64,000 bases of DNA from Microthyrium microscopicum (lineage: Eukaryota): NCBI GenBank assembly GCA_010405405.1, contig MU004234.1:895275-959274 (forward strand), in the 5' to 3' direction. Under the pieces are notes generated by a model that saw only the letters and a list, made by a program, of their open reading frames with translations, was not told where the DNA came from and did not search any database. Positions 61,101-64,000 of the stretch are shown piece after piece. Position numbers and translations under genes: made by a program. Position 1 is the stretch's first letter; each line of letters starts with the position of its first letter.

Positions 61101-63295
61101 GAAAGCTTAAACCTAACCACGCTTAGACGATCGCACCTATTCAAGCCAGGCCAGTTATAGAAAACGAAGACGAACTTGACCCGACCCGGCGAACAGGAAC
61201 CTGGGGTGTGTATGGGTACTACTTCCGCAGTGGCGGTGTTTTCCTATGTGGCGTGTTCATAGCAACCATTTCGATCAGTGTTTTCTTGCTAAACTTCACA
61301 AGTAAGTGGACATGACTTAGTTTGAGTTACTAAATTAACATTAAATGTGAAGCTATCTGGATTCAATGGTGGGTCGAAGCCAATGAGAACGGAGCCACAG
61401 GGCGAACACCGATGTACCTTGGAGTTTATACCTTGCTGGTCGCGTTAGAGACTATTTGCTTTGTTGTTGCCTGCTGGTATATGTCTTCTATATCGTATTG
61501 GAAACAACCGTTAACAACTCTCTAGGGTTCTTTATGTCAATATCCTAGGGAACACTTCTCTCAACTTACATGCGGACTTGTTGAGCTCAGCACTCCGGTA
61601 CGTACTGCCAGAAGACACACTCTCGCCCTTATAAGTCGTTAATTCTGTTTTAGAGCCCCTTTCTGGTTCTTCCAAGCAACGGATGTAGGCTCAATCACCA
61701 ATAGGTATGTCCCTAAATTCATGTTATAGGTTTCTGCTAATGAGATTTAGATTCAGCCAAGATCTCGAATTAGTCGACATGATGTTACCGGTCTACGCTA
61801 TTAACTTCGTCGAGGGTATGATTAACCATCTAGTTGCGTCCACTATAATGCCCACTAACTTCTATAGCGTTGACGAGCTGCTGTGTCAAACTGGTCATTC
61901 TATGCGTTATAGGAAAATACCTTGCCCCAGCAGTACCAATTCTCGGAGTAGTTCTATTCTACATTCAATCCTACTACCTCAGAACATCTCGCCAAGTTCG
62001 ATTACTGGATATTGAAGCAAAAGCACCACTCTATACTCACTTTATAGAAACGATCCAAGGCATCTCGACCATTCGCGCCTTCAATTGGCAACCGCGCTTC
62101 CAAGAAGAGAACCAGGCACTACTGTCGCAATCGCAGAGGCCAGTCTACATGCTCATGTGTATTCAACAACTACTAGCACTAGTTTTGGACTTGATTGTGG
62201 GAGTAGTTGCGGTCGTCTTGATTGCAATAATCACTTCCCAAAAGGACAAATTTAGCCCGGCTTCTGTTGGAGTGGCGTTGAATGTGGTACTTACATTGAA
62301 CATGCAGCTTACGCATCTCATCAAGATGTGGACGAATATGGAGGTCTCCATCGGTGCGGTTGCTCGCATTCAGACTTTTGTTGAGAAAACACCTACAGAG
62401 AAACGGATTCGTGTTCAACCAGCTCCACAGGCGCAATGGCCTTCTCAAGGAGCTGTAGAGTTTCGCAATCTCACCGCCAGCTTCAAGTAAGATCAATGCT
62501 GTCAAGCAATTCCATTTCTAGCTCATAGAAAAGTCGTGCTAACTAAACGTGTCAAAGGCCGGAAACTCCATCTACTCTAAAGAAACTGAGCCTTAAGATC
62601 ACGCCTGGTGAGAAAATTGCCGTATGTGGTGCATCAGGCAGTGGAAAGACGTCCTTAGTTATGGCGCTGCTCCAGATGATGGATATCACAGAAGGCAATA
62701 TCGTCGTAGATGGAATCGACCTTGCCACAATCGAGTGCAACGACATCCGGTCAAGTGTGAATGTAGTTTCCCAGGATCCGCTGTTTCTGCCAGGTACTTT
62801 AAGATTCAACCTTGACCCTCTTGGACTTGCACAAGATCACGAGATACAGGTAGCGCTTGAAAAAGTTGGACTGTGGGCTAGATTTGATTCCAGTGAGAGT
62901 CTTAACATGGACTTCTCTCCCTCGGAGTGGTCTGTTGGGCAGCGACAACTATTTGCTCTGGCTCGAGCTGTTCTAACAAAGAGTTCTATTTTGATTCTCG
63001 ACGAAGCAACGAGCAGGTATGTCAATTATCCTAGAGAATTTCTGTGTTGGCAAGGATTAACATGTCTGTTAGTGTTGACAGGGAAACTGAAGCCACCATG
63101 CAGCAAATTATCGAGAGTGAGTTTGCGGAGCAAACAGTCATTGCGGTGATCCATCGCTTTCGATTCATCAACAAGTTCGACCGGGTAGCGTTGCTCAGAC
63201 GGGGTGAACTTCTCGAATGTGACAGTCCTGAAATTTTGTTGGGCACAAATTCGGAATTCAAGAAATTGTACCTGGCTTTGCAGCGAAAGAATTGA
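58142..63295 (+). CDS. Full-size ABC transporter, ABCC/MRP family (TMD0-TMD1-NBD1-TMD2-NBD2), many introns
   Basis: N-terminus FGP...CREFDFTLLFE. NBD1: GAVGSGKS, LSGGQKQR and VLDDVLSGLD. RQVRLLDIEAKAPLY. NBD2: GASGSGKT, WSVGQRQL and ILILDEATS. Confidence 0.93.
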
Positions 63296-63507
63296 TAACA
63301 ACTAGATCATCTAACTCTATGATATTTAGAAACATGCTAGGCCGTTCTGGCACTGAGCTCGCTCACTGCCAATAAAGGCATTTCGTGAGAACATATAGAT
63401 TCCAGATAGGCAACATCGTCATCTTCGTAGATCAAGATCAATGAAAAATAAAATACCCGAGAGAAGTTTTCACAATGCTCCATACTCCAGTGCTATAATC
63501 ATCCCCT

Positions 63508-64000
63508 CTAAACATCAACCATAATCATTGTGGGAGCTGGATACACAGAAGTTGCCTCACTCATCGCCGAGTTGAAGTTCTCCCAATCCCCAGCTGTTCG
63601 TTCTTTGATTTCGTGATATCGTGCCTCGATTGCGGCGCGGAACCGGTCGAGCGCCCGGCGTTCTGTATCTAAACAGCGACCAACACTGTCAAAGAGCGGT
63701 CCAGTTGTCTTGAGTGTTTTGTGTTGAGTCGCGAGTACTGCGATGGCGCGGCGGTGTTCGTTCAAGAACTAGAACTATTTAATATTGTATGGCGCGGGAA
63801 ACGAAGACAAAACTTACACTGTACAGAACGAGTGCAAGCAGATTGGAATCAGCCAGATCAAACGCTTCATCGTCAAAGGTGAGATCTTGTACGCTGTTGA
63901 GAAGTAGGCTTGAGATACGTTCTAAGTTTTTGATAATTTGCTGGTTTCGTTATTAGACGCTATTGATAATGCCAGAATCGTAGGACTTACTGGTGCATTC
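63508..64000 (-). CDS. 3' part of a multi-exon hypothetical gene extending beyond the window
   Basis: Exon QIIKNLERISSLL...LALVLYS is flanked by GTAAG donors and AG acceptors and splices into FLNEHRRAIAVL...MIMVDV*. Confidence 0.55.

Noticed and set aside
1..64000. tRNA, rRNA, CRISPR arrays or prokaryotic operons
   Set aside because: None recognised by eye; the sequence is intron-containing fungal DNA. A tRNAscan-SE or Infernal run would be needed to exclude small RNAs.

Overview
This window is gene-dense genomic DNA from a filamentous ascomycete, with short (about 45-60 nt) GT-AG introns carrying CTAAC/CTGAC branch points and evidence of RIP-type mutation. I count about 27 genes or pseudogenes. 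The window opens with a complete but RIP-inactivated Tc1/IS630-type DNA transposon (437-1843), with 36-bp TIRs starting CACAG, an apparent 3-bp TAT target duplication and DD38E spacing. Recognisable genes are a divergent aquaglyceroporin / glycerol kinase pair, a TRI12-like MFS transporter, ATG12, MsrB, a Ysc84/SH3 protein with a GC-AG intron, an alpha/beta-hydrolase-NB-ARC-TPR NLR-like gene, gamma-glutamylcysteine synthetase, a tandem DUF3176-like pair (first copy disrupted), a GFA/Mss4-like protein, an AAA+ ATPase and an ABCC transporter. The most unusual object is a 916-aa intron-containing gene (12922-15769, minus strand) that the ORF track splits in two. I recognise no cellular domain in it, and it carries a PGNSECHGRA motif resembling the chrysovirus P4 PGDGxCxxH motif, so it is a candidate domesticated dsRNA-mycovirus gene. 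That hypothesis needs a homology search. A small secreted protein gene (44257-44768) is missing from the ORF track. I saw no tRNA, rRNA or CRISPR features. All family calls come from motif recognition, not database searches.
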